A stretch of DNA of 64,000 nucleotides from Candidatus Limnocylindria bacterium (GTDB lineage Bacteria; Chloroflexota; Limnocylindria; P2-11E): the NCBI GenBank assembly GCA_035935465.1, contig DASYXA010000056.1, positions 652 through 64,651 of the forward strand. The letters run 5' to 3'. Below are positions 56,762-64,000 of the stretch, piece by piece. Both the position numbers and the translations under genes were made by a program. The first letter of the stretch is position 1; the number at the start of each line of letters is the position of its first letter. A model generated the notes under the pieces. That model did not search any database and was not told the DNA's origin. It saw only the letters and a program-made list of their open reading frames with translations.

Positions 56762-57844
56762 CTAGCGACGCAGGGTGCTCGCGAGCGGGATGCCCGCGGC
56801 CCAATAGGTCCCGGTCGGCCCGGCGGGCAGCAGATCGAAGGTCGTGCCGTACCCGTAGGCGACGCGCTCGGCGCCGGTCACGCGGGCGCCATCGACGAGG
56901 TCGCCCACCGCGATCGCGCCGAGGAGCCGTCCGTCGGCGAGCGGATGGCCGGGCGACGCGTAGACCTCACGACCGTCCGCCAGGACGAGGTGCACGACCT
57001 GGTGGTCGACCGGCGCGGTCGTGCTGCCGACGATCGTGACCGGCGCGGGGATGCGGTCGCCGCGCTCGTCGGCCGTCCACACGGTCATCCCCGCGCGCAG
57101 GTCCTCGACCGGGATGTCACCGCTCGGCGTCGCGATGCGCGTCCCGCGCGCGAGACAGATCGGGCAGGGCGGAGGGCCGCTCGCGGTCTGCGACGCGACG
57201 CTGATCTGACCGCGCTGGTCGACGGTCCCATCGACCAGTGAGCCGGTCTGCTGGTCCGCCGTGAAGCGGGCGGCGAAGTGATAGGCGGCGGCCAGCGGAT
57301 CGAGGTGCAGCGCGGCGAGCATCTTCCAGTCGGTGTAGATCGCGAGCTTCTGCGCGTGCGAGTAGGTGCCGCTCGGGACGTATCCCAGGTGCGCGACGAT
57401 CGCGCTGAACGTCTCGGCGTCCCGCTGGACCTCCCCGAAACGCGACTCGGCGAGCGAATCCTGATCGGCCCGCGCGACCGGGTAGCGGTCCGGGTCGCAG
57501 TACCACAGCCGACCGAAGCGGTCGACGAGCCGGTACTTCAGCTGCGCGAGCGTGAGCGCGCCGGATGCGACCGGCCCGGCCGTCGGGGACGCCGTGGGCG
57601 GGGGCGTACCGGCCGCGGTGGGCGACGGCACGGCGCTCGGCGCGGGTGCGCTGGGCACGCTGGTCGCGCTGATCGCCGTCGCGGTCGCGACCGGCTGCGG
57701 TGCGGGGCTGCCCGGACCGCCGACGTCCGAGGCGAGCCGGTCGCCGCATCCTGCGGCGAAGAGTCCGATCAGCGCGAGGCGTACGAGACGGCGGCCCACA
57801 TCGATGGAACGGACGGGGGACCGAAACGTTCCGCCAGGCGCCAC
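56762..57844 (-). CDS. lipoprotein with C-terminal Hint (Hedgehog/intein-like) domain
   Basis: Lipobox LFAAGCG. PT-rich linker. C-terminal CPICLARGTRIATPSGDIPVEDLRAGMTVWT...VHLVLADGREVYASPGHPL has Hint architecture. Confidence 0.65.
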   Translation of the reverse strand: MAPGGTFRSPVRSIDVGRRLVRLALIGLFAAGCGDRLASDVGGPGSPAPQPVATATAISATSVPSAPAPSAVPSPTAAGTPPPTASPTAGPVASGALTLAQLKYRLVDRFGRLWYCDPDRYPVARADQDSLAESRFGEVQRDAETFSAIVAHLGYVPSGTYSHAQKLAIYTDWKMLAALHLDPLAAAYHFAARFTADQQTGSLVDGTVDQRGQISVASQTASGPPPCPICLARGTRIATPSGDIPVEDLRAGMTVWTADERGDRIPAPVTIVGSTTAPVDHQVVHLVLADGREVYASPGHPLADGRLLGAIAVGDLVDGARVTGAERVAYGYGTTFDLLPAGPTGTYWAAGIPLASTLRR

Positions 57845-57857
57845 CTATCCTCTGCCC

Positions 57858-57930
57858 GGGGCCTTAGCTCAGCGGTCAGAGCGGCTGCTTTACACGCAGC
57901 GGGTCGGAGGTTCGAATCCCCCAGGCCCCA
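57858..57930 (+). tRNA. tRNA-Val (anticodon TAC)
   Basis: GGGGCCTTAGCTCAGCGGTCAGAGC-G-GCTGC-TTTACAC-GCAGC...GGTTCGAATCC... with A73. CCA not encoded. Confidence 0.85.
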
Positions 57931-58054
57931 CCCGACCGCACGGGAGGCGCGGCGCTCGTCGTGAGCGGCCACGCGGCCTCGCGCACCGCCACGCTCGACG
58001 GTCACGCGCCGCTCTGCCGCTCCTCGGCGTCGACAACCTGTCTCGCGATCGCAG

Positions 58055-58537
58055 CTAGCTCACGACCATCCAGGGCATCGGCGGCAGGGGAAAGAGTCGT
58101 ACGTTCCGCCCGGCGAGGATGAGCGCGTCGGCAAGCCCCTCGAGCCGGCCGAGCTGGGTCGCGAAGTAGTCGAGGCGCTCGGCGCCGCGCGCGTCGAGAT
58201 CGGCCTGCTCGCTGCCCCGGCGCGCGATGAGCTGCCAGAGCTCGAAGTAGTCGCGCGAGAGGTCGTCCGCATGCACCGTGAGCTGCGCTTCGTAGCGGCA
58301 GCGCGCGAGTCGGACGCTTGCCGTCTCGAAGGTGGTCAGCCGGCCGAGCGACGCGAGGAAGTCGGCGCGCAGGCGGACCGCCTCGTCGCTCCCGGTGACC
58401 GCGCGGGAGCGGCGATACGCGCGCCCGCGGGCCTTCGCCTGCACCGAGAGCTCGCGATGGCGCTCGTCGATGCGCTGGCGGAAGCGCTCGCTGCGGACCG
58501 CGGTGGTCGTCCAGACGACCGGCGCACGAGGCGGCAT
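58055..58537 (-). CDS. hypothetical protein (160 aa)
   Basis: ATG at 58535-58537 (MPPRAPVVWTT). No recognised motif. The longer track ORF to 58990 is over-extended. Confidence 0.45.
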   Translation of the reverse strand: MPPRAPVVWTTTAVRSERFRQRIDERHRELSVQAKARGRAYRRSRAVTGSDEAVRLRADFLASLGRLTTFETASVRLARCRYEAQLTVHADDLSRDYFELWQLIARRGSEQADLDARGAERLDYFATQLGRLEGLADALILAGRNVRLFPLPPMPWMVVS

Positions 58538-58566
58538 CTCGAGGCGATTATCCTGCCGCTCGACCT

Positions 58567-58582
58567 GTGAACAAGACTGTTC
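58567..58582. promoter_or_regulatory. palindrome TGAACA-N4-TGTTCA in divergent promoter region
   Basis: tgaacaagactgttca read directly between the divergent starts at 58537 (-) and 58605 (+). Confidence 0.35.
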
Positions 58583-58604
58583 ATGATGAGCGGAACGTGC
58601 GACC

Positions 58605-59027
58605 ATGAATGAGCCTGACCTCGCGCGGGACCTCCTCCGGTCCGCGAAGACCATCGCCGTCGTGGGGTACTCCGCCAAGCCCGATCGGCCGAGCAACTCC
58701 GTCTCCGCGTACCTCCGGGACCACGGGTATCGCATCGTCCCCGTGAACCCGCAGCTCCGCCGTACGCTGGTCCAGGGCGAGCGGGCGTACGACCGGCTGG
58801 TGGACATCCCGACATCCGAGCAGATCGACTTCGTCGACGTCTTCCGGCGCGGCGAGCGACTCGATGCCGTGGTCGACGACGCGCTCGCGAGTGGCATGCG
58901 CGCGATCTGGTTCCAGCTCGGCCTCGGCAACGTCGACGCCGCCCAGCGCGCCGAGTCCATGGGGATGCGCGTGGTCTGGGACCGCTGCACCGCGATCGAG
59001 CATCGCCGGATCCGCTCCGAGGGTTAG
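58605..59027 (+). CDS. CoA-binding domain protein (YccU-like)
   Basis: IAVVGYSAKPDRPSNSV...YRIVPVNP Rossmann-like CoA-binding pattern. Confidence 0.75.
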   Translation: MNEPDLARDLLRSAKTIAVVGYSAKPDRPSNSVSAYLRDHGYRIVPVNPQLRRTLVQGERAYDRLVDIPTSEQIDFVDVFRRGERLDAVVDDALASGMRAIWFQLGLGNVDAAQRAESMGMRVVWDRCTAIEHRRIRSEG

Positions 59028-59028
59028 C

Positions 59029-59538
59029 TCACCACCGCGATCGCGGCGTGAGCGCGACCTCCTTCGTGACGTCCTCGCCCGCCGCGACGCGGGTCCAGAA
59101 CGGATCGAGCTCGAACCGGGCGTTCGCGAAACGAAGCGTCGCGATGAGCGCCGCGAAGTCGCGCAGCCGGTACGGCTTCGTGTTCACCTTGACCGTCGCC
59201 GCCCGTCCGCGGGCGACGAAGTGCGGCGCGGACACGCCGGAGTGCGCGCCGGGGTACCGCTTCGCGTCGAGCCGCTGCAGCGATCCGATGGCGACGCTCT
59301 CGCGGTGGGTACCGAAGAAGGTGCGGTACACGAGCTCGTCGCCTTCGATGCGCACCTGCGTGAAGTAGGCGTAGTTGACGACGGTCAGCGCGTTGAGGAG
59401 GAGGAGCGCGAGGCCGATCGTCATCATCACGCCGTCGTGGCCCGCGATGCCGAACAGCAGCACGGCCAGGCCGGCGAGCGGAAAGAGCGTGTACGACGGC
59501 CACAGGAGCGTGAGGTCGGGACGGACCGTCGTCATCAC
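59029..59538 (-). CDS. membrane protein, 2 TM plus PH-like domain
   Basis: Two N-terminal hydrophobic helices then a soluble domain. No enzymatic motif. Confidence 0.5.
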   Translation of the reverse strand: MMTTVRPDLTLLWPSYTLFPLAGLAVLLFGIAGHDGVMMTIGLALLLLNALTVVNYAYFTQVRIEGDELVYRTFFGTHRESVAIGSLQRLDAKRYPGAHSGVSAPHFVARGRAATVKVNTKPYRLRDFAALIATLRFANARFELDPFWTRVAAGEDVTKEVALTPRSRW

Positions 59539-59545
59539 GCGAAGT

Positions 59546-59932
59546 CTAGGTGTCGGGCGGCACCGGCCCGATCGCGAGGCGGCGGTCGACGTCGGCGAGC
59601 GCTGCCCGGATCGGCGCGGCGGTCGCCCTGCGCTCGTCGTCGTCGATCAGCAGATCGGGATCGCCGACCTCGGCCAGGCGCGCGAGGTAGAACGCCCGCA
59701 GCGTGCGCAGGGCATCGCGGATCGGCAGCGGCCGGTACGCCACACCGGCGGTCTCGCACGCGATGCGGAACTCGAGCTCGGCCGGACGGTAGCAGCCGCG
59801 GCAGACGAAGACCGGCGTCTCGACCCCGTTCGCGAGGACGCGCGCGGGGTGCGCATCCGCGGCGATGTCCTCGGCGCGGCAGCGTGGGCAGCGGGTGACG
59901 CGCATCACCGCATTGTCGCTGGCACGGGCCAT
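59546..59932 (-). CDS. hypothetical zinc-ribbon protein
   Basis: CPRC...CRGC four-Cys ribbon near the N-terminus. Start ATG 59930-59932 or 59903-59905. Confidence 0.4.
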   Translation of the reverse strand: MARASDNAVMRVTRCPRCRAEDIAADAHPARVLANGVETPVFVCRGCYRPAELEFRIACETAGVAYRPLPIRDALRTLRAFYLARLAEVGDPDLLIDDDERRATAAPIRAALADVDRRLAIGPVPPDT

Positions 59933-59949
59933 GCTTCGGTGGCCGGTCG

Positions 59950-60471
59950 ATGAAGGCATCGGTCGGGCGGCGCGCCGAGGCAGCGGCCGTCGCCGAGGAA
60001 CGGGTCGACGAGGCCGTCCAGCGCACATCGCCGTTCAAGGCGTGGTTCGGCCACGTCGCGACGAAGGTGTCGGACGTGACCGGGTCGGTCTGGGCATTCA
60101 CGGTCGCGCTGCTGGTGATCCTGACCTGGATCGTGACCGGGCCGATGTTCGGCTTCTCGGACACCTGGCAGCTCGTCATCAACACCGGGACGACGATCGT
60201 CACCTTCCTCATGGTGTTCCTCATCCAGAACACGCAGAACCGCGACGCGAAGGCGACGGAGCTGAAGCTCGACGAGCTGATCCGCGCCATCGGGCAGGCA
60301 CGGAACCGGTTCATCGGGGCCGAGCTCGAGCCCGAGGAGCTGCTGGAGCGCGAGAAGAAGGAGATCGAGGCGGAGAAGGACAAGCCGAGCCCGGCGCCGC
60401 ACCAGGTCCATCCTCCCGCGCATAACGGGAAGCCGCACGACCACGGCCCGGGGCCGGCCGGGCGCCGCTGA
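59950..60471 (+). CDS. low-affinity iron permease family protein (PF04120-like)
   Basis: TWQLVINTGTTIVTFLMVFLIQNTQNRD...ELKLDELIRA conserved core of this family. Confidence 0.65.
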   Translation: MKASVGRRAEAAAVAEERVDEAVQRTSPFKAWFGHVATKVSDVTGSVWAFTVALLVILTWIVTGPMFGFSDTWQLVINTGTTIVTFLMVFLIQNTQNRDAKATELKLDELIRAIGQARNRFIGAELEPEELLEREKKEIEAEKDKPSPAPHQVHPPAHNGKPHDHGPGPAGRR

Positions 60472-60533
60472 CCCGCGGCGATGGCCGGTCGGCCCACTTG
60501 TCGCGACGTCCGTGACCTGCGCATACCTGTCGG

Positions 60534-61349
60534 GTGCCACCGGGCGAGGGCAAGGGCTGGTCCAAGGGCCGAACCGCGAAGGACGACCCGCGCATCGCGC
60601 GCGCCGCGGCCGCGCACCGCGGCAAGCAGTACGTGCCGCGGGTGCCGCCGGAACAGGACCGACGGCGCGCGTCTTCGCCGGTGGATACGACGTGGCGTCC
60701 GACCCTCGCCTATGCGATCGGTCTGATGGCGACGGACGGGTGCGTCGCCGATGGCGACCACATCTCGTTCCCGAGCGCCGATCGCGAGCTGGTGGAGCTC
60801 TTCGCCGCGTGCTTAGGCAAACGAAACGCGATCAGCGAGTACCGCACGGAGACGGGCGGGACGGCATATCGGATCCAGTTCGGGGACGTAGCCTTCTGCC
60901 GATGGCTCGCGGGTATCGGGATCACGGGCCGCAAGAGCCTGTCGATCGGCGCGATCACGGTACCCGCGGAACAGCTGCTCCCACTCGCGCGTGGCCTGCT
61001 TGATGGCGATGGATCGATCATCAACAAGCGCGCGCGTGCCGATACCCATGGTCGCAAGGACTACTACTGGGAATACCTGCAGACGAAGTTCGTGTGTGCG
61101 AGTCGTCCACATCTCGAATGGTTGAAAGCGGGCCTCAAGAATTCGCTTGGCGTCGATGGGCTGATCATCACGCGATCTGCGCGAAACGGGAAGAACGCGT
61201 GTTACACGCTTCGCTATGGCAAACGCGACAGCCACATTTTGCTCAGCGCCCTGTACCGAGATCCTCATGCACCCCGACTCACCCGAAAGTGGACGGTTTG
61301 GCAGCGCTATCTCGACCGGCACCCGGACATCCGCGCGACGACGAATTGA
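60534..61349 (+). CDS. free-standing double-motif LAGLIDADG homing endonuclease
   Basis: Two dodecapeptide motifs LAYAIGLMATDGC and LARGLLDGDGSI about 100 aa apart. 3' two-thirds are lower GC. Ends 14 bp before tRNA-Leu. Confidence 0.6.
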   Translation: MPPGEGKGWSKGRTAKDDPRIARAAAAHRGKQYVPRVPPEQDRRRASSPVDTTWRPTLAYAIGLMATDGCVADGDHISFPSADRELVELFAACLGKRNAISEYRTETGGTAYRIQFGDVAFCRWLAGIGITGRKSLSIGAITVPAEQLLPLARGLLDGDGSIINKRARADTHGRKDYYWEYLQTKFVCASRPHLEWLKAGLKNSLGVDGLIITRSARNGKNACYTLRYGKRDSHILLSALYRDPHAPRLTRKWTVWQRYLDRHPDIRATTN

Positions 61350-61363
61350 TAGAATGACGTCGG

Positions 61364-61448
61364 GCCCAGGTGGCGAAATTTGGCAGACGCGCATGTCTGA
61401 GGGGCATGTGCCCGAAAGGGCTTGCGGGTTCAAGTCCCGCCCTGGGCA
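61364..61448 (+). tRNA. tRNA-Leu (anticodon GAG), type II with long variable arm
   Basis: Acceptor GCCCAGG/CCTGGGC, anticodon loop CTGAGGG, variable-arm hairpin GCCC-GAAA-GGGC, T-loop TTCAAGT, A73. Confidence 0.8.
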
Positions 61449-61457
61449 CCGATCACG

Positions 61458-62840
61458 TCACAGAACGCGCTTCGCCCACCGCCCGCTCCGGAATCGCAGC
61501 GACAGGATGATCGCGCGCACGCAGTAGTCGACGAGCACGGCGAGCCAGATCCCGACGAGGCCGAGCCCGAGCGGGAAGGCGAACAGGATCGCGAGCGGCA
61601 GCCGCACGACGAACCAGTTCACCACCGTCGTCGCGAGCGTGAACCGCGTGTCGCCCGAGCCGCGCAGGGCGCCGCCCATCGTGAAGTTGACCGCCTGCGC
61701 GGGCTGCGCGAAGCCGATCACGACGAGCGCGCCCACGCCGGCCACGATCACGCCCTGGTCGTTCGTGAAGATGCTCAGGAAGAACCGCGGGAACAGCGCA
61801 AGGGTCGCGCCCGCGGCGGTGGTCCAGACGATCGCCATCCGCGTGGCCGCCCACCCGGACCGCATCGCCCGCTGCGGCTCGCGCCTGCCCAGCGACTGAC
61901 CCACGAGGGCGGCGGAGGCGGCCGAGAACCCGACGCACGGCAGGAACGACAACGACTCGAGCTGCGCCACGAGCTGGTTCGCGGCGTAGGCCTCCGTGCC
62001 GAGCCGGAAGGCGAGGAAGCCGAGCGCGAGGATCCCGATGCTGAACAGGAACGACTCGCCGGCCGAGTAGCCGCTGATCGAGGCCAACGAGCGCAGATTG
62101 GTGGGCTCGAGCCGCCAGGTGCCACCGGCGATGCGAACACCGGCGATGCCGCGCCACAGCAGCGCGATCGTTCCGGCGCAGAACAGGACGCTCACGAGGA
62201 CCTGGGCGTACGCCGCGCCCATGATCCCAAGCCCGGCGACCGTCACGAGCCCGTAGGTCGCGGGGATCGTCAGCGCCGACCCGCCGGCCGAGAGCCACAT
62301 CGGCGTGCGGGTGTCGCCGGCCGCGCGCATCGCCGACACGCCGATGATCGAGATCGTCTGGAATACGTTCAGGCCACCGATCAGGGCGAGGTACGGTGCG
62401 CCCGCGGACGCGACCGCATCGTCGGCACCGATCAGGCCGAGCAGCGCCTGCGCGAAGATCGCGAACAACGCGCCGGTCAGGACGCCGAGCGCCGCGCCGA
62501 GGACCAGCGATTGGCGGACGACGTTCGCCGCCACATCCGCGCGGTGTTCGCCCATGCGGCGGCTCACGAGCGCGACCGTGCCGATGGACAACGCGTTGAA
62601 CACCGGGAAGAGCAGGAAGGTGAACTGGAGCGACGCGCCGACCGCCGCGATGGCCACGCCGCCGAGATGGCCGATGAACGCGATGACGACGGTCTGGCCG
62701 CTCGCGCGGATGAGCTGCTCGATGATGCCGGGCCACGCCAGCTGGAACGCGGCCCGTGACGGGCTCAGGAGCGCGAGCTGCGCGGCTCGGGTCAGCGGTC
62801 GCGCTCCGTCGACGCCCTCGACCGCCTCCGCCTCGGTCAC
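61458..62840 (-). CDS. MATE-family multidrug efflux transporter
   Basis: 12 predicted TM helices, MATE repeat organisation. GTG at 62838-62840 overlaps the selD stop (GTGA). Confidence 0.75.
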   Translation of the reverse strand: MTEAEAVEGVDGARPLTRAAQLALLSPSRAAFQLAWPGIIEQLIRASGQTVVIAFIGHLGGVAIAAVGASLQFTFLLFPVFNALSIGTVALVSRRMGEHRADVAANVVRQSLVLGAALGVLTGALFAIFAQALLGLIGADDAVASAGAPYLALIGGLNVFQTISIIGVSAMRAAGDTRTPMWLSAGGSALTIPATYGLVTVAGLGIMGAAYAQVLVSVLFCAGTIALLWRGIAGVRIAGGTWRLEPTNLRSLASISGYSAGESFLFSIGILALGFLAFRLGTEAYAANQLVAQLESLSFLPCVGFSAASAALVGQSLGRREPQRAMRSGWAATRMAIVWTTAAGATLALFPRFFLSIFTNDQGVIVAGVGALVVIGFAQPAQAVNFTMGGALRGSGDTRFTLATTVVNWFVVRLPLAILFAFPLGLGLVGIWLAVLVDYCVRAIILSLRFRSGRWAKRVL

Positions 62841-63883
62841 GCGACCGCGACGCCTCGGCCGCTGATCGCCTCGCCCACCCTCCAGGCCGTCACGCCGTGC
62901 GTGTCGCGCGCGCGATCCCACGTCACCGCGTGCGCCGCGGGCACGCCGACGAGCAGCCCGCCGGAGGTCTGCGGGTCCAACAGGAGGCGGCGGGTCGCGT
63001 CGTCCGTTCCGTCCGCGAACCGCACGTGCCCCTGGCCCGCGTAGTACACGGTGTTGCGCTCGAGACCGCCGAAGCTGATCCCCCGCTCCGCCTGCGCGCG
63101 GGCGCCGCGGAGGAGCGGCACCGCGCTCGCGTCGATGCGGATGCCGAGCCCCGAGCGCTCGGCCATCTCGTGCGCGTGCCCGATGAGGCCGAACCCCGTA
63201 ATGTCGGTGGCGGCATGCAGACCGGCCTCGACGATCGCCTGCGCGGCGGCACGATTGAGCGCGGCCATCGAGGCCACGACCGACGCGAGATCCTCCGGTG
63301 CGAGGTCGCCGCTCTTGTGGGCCGTCGTGAGCACACCCGTACCGATCGGCTTCGTGAGCCAGAGCGCGTCACCCACGCGGAGCGCGCCTTTCGTCAGGAG
63401 GCGATCGGGATGCCCGCGGCCGGTGACGGCGAGCCCGAACTTCGGCTCTTTGTCGATGACCGTGTGACCGCCCGCGATGACGCCGCCGCCTTCGGCGAGC
63501 TTGTCGACCGCACCCTGCATCAGCCGCTCGAGCGGCTCGAACGCGAGATCGTCGGGCCACGCGACGACGTTCAGCGCGAACAGCACCTCGCCGCCCATCG
63601 CATAGACGTCGGACATCGCGTTCGCCGCGGCGATCGCGCCGGCCGCGTAGGCGTCGTCCACGATGGGAGGGAAGAAGTCGACGGTCTCGATGATCGCGAG
63701 GTCGGGGGCGACGCGGTACACCGCCGCGTCGTCGGCCGCCTTCAGACCGACGAGCAGCTCCGCCGGCTCGCGCTGCGTGCTGAGGGGGCGCAGGACCTGC
63801 GCCAGTGGGCCGGGGCCCAGCTTCGCGCCTCAGCCGGCGCAGGACGACAGGCTGGTGAGGCGGACCTCGTGACGTGCGGACAC
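62837..63883 (-). CDS. selD: selenide, water dikinase (SelD) with in-frame UGA (Sec) codon at 63830..63832
   Basis: Track ORF (M at 63721) lacks the SelD N-terminus. Reading the same frame upstream gives (V)SARHEVRLTSLSSCAG-[TGA]-GAKLGPGPLAQVL...ELLVGLKAADDAAVYRV. This aligns with E. coli [26 protein letters not shown]...NLLVGNETRDDAAVYDL, with the TGA exactly at the active-site Cys/Sec position. GTG start at 63881-63883. Confidence 0.8.
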
Positions 63884-64000
63884 GCGCCGAGGATAGCCGC
63901 GCGTCGGGCGAGCGGTGCCACGGCCGAGCTCGCGGATCGACGCTCGCCGCAGGGCGAGGCCTTGCGATCAGCGCGCCAGCGGTGTCAGCTGAAGCTGTTC

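Noticed and set aside
58567-58582. Canonical actinobacterial LexA (Cheo) box
   Set aside because: Spacing between GAAC and GTTC cores is 6 nt, not 4, so I call it only a palindrome with Cheo-like half-sites.
63830-63832. TGA as a genuine stop making selD an N-truncated pseudogene
   Set aside because: Upstream in-frame sequence aligns residue-for-residue with the SelD N-terminus, and the TGA falls exactly on the catalytic Cys/Sec position. Sec recoding is the simpler explanation.

Overview
This is about 64 kb of high-GC (roughly 70%) bacterial chromosome. The gene content suggests an F420-using Actinobacteria-like organism: TAT lipoproteins, an LLM-class F420 oxidoreductase, a DUF385 deazaflavin nitroreductase, an lhr-nei operon and a DUF2277 protein. 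Coding density is high, with many translationally coupled pairs (ATGA/GTGA overlaps) and many GTG or TTG starts.

Core genes present:
- aceE, truncated at the 5' window edge
- a sugar ABC transporter with two paralogous solute-binding proteins
- ettA, pepN, moaA, an HtrA-like protease, lhr-nei, an FKBP isomerase and an M3 oligopeptidase
- two ALS-like thiamine-pyrophosphate (TPP) enzymes flanking a succinate-semialdehyde dehydrogenase (SSADH)-like aldehyde dehydrogenase
- a sensor histidine kinase preceded by a PstS-like binding protein
- a folB / GTP-cyclohydrolase-II-reductase fusion / MDR dehydrogenase / GT4 glycosyltransferase cluster
- a MATE efflux pump and selD

Four tRNAs are present: Gly-GCC, Phe-GAA, Val-TAC and Leu-GAG.

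Findings of note:
- selD carries an in-frame TGA aligned to the active-site Cys/Sec position.
- A CheY-like receiver appears to start at CTG behind a perfect AAGGAG.
- The tRNA-Phe locus carries a frameshifted integrase remnant, a decayed nucleotidyl-cyclase remnant, repeated tRNA-arm 12-mers and lower-GC cargo genes (S1 protease, large beta-helix protein).
- A free-standing double-motif LAGLIDADG endonuclease sits just 5' of tRNA-Leu.

No rRNA, CRISPR array or intact transposon was seen. Most long ORFs in the six-frame track are antisense shadows of real genes.
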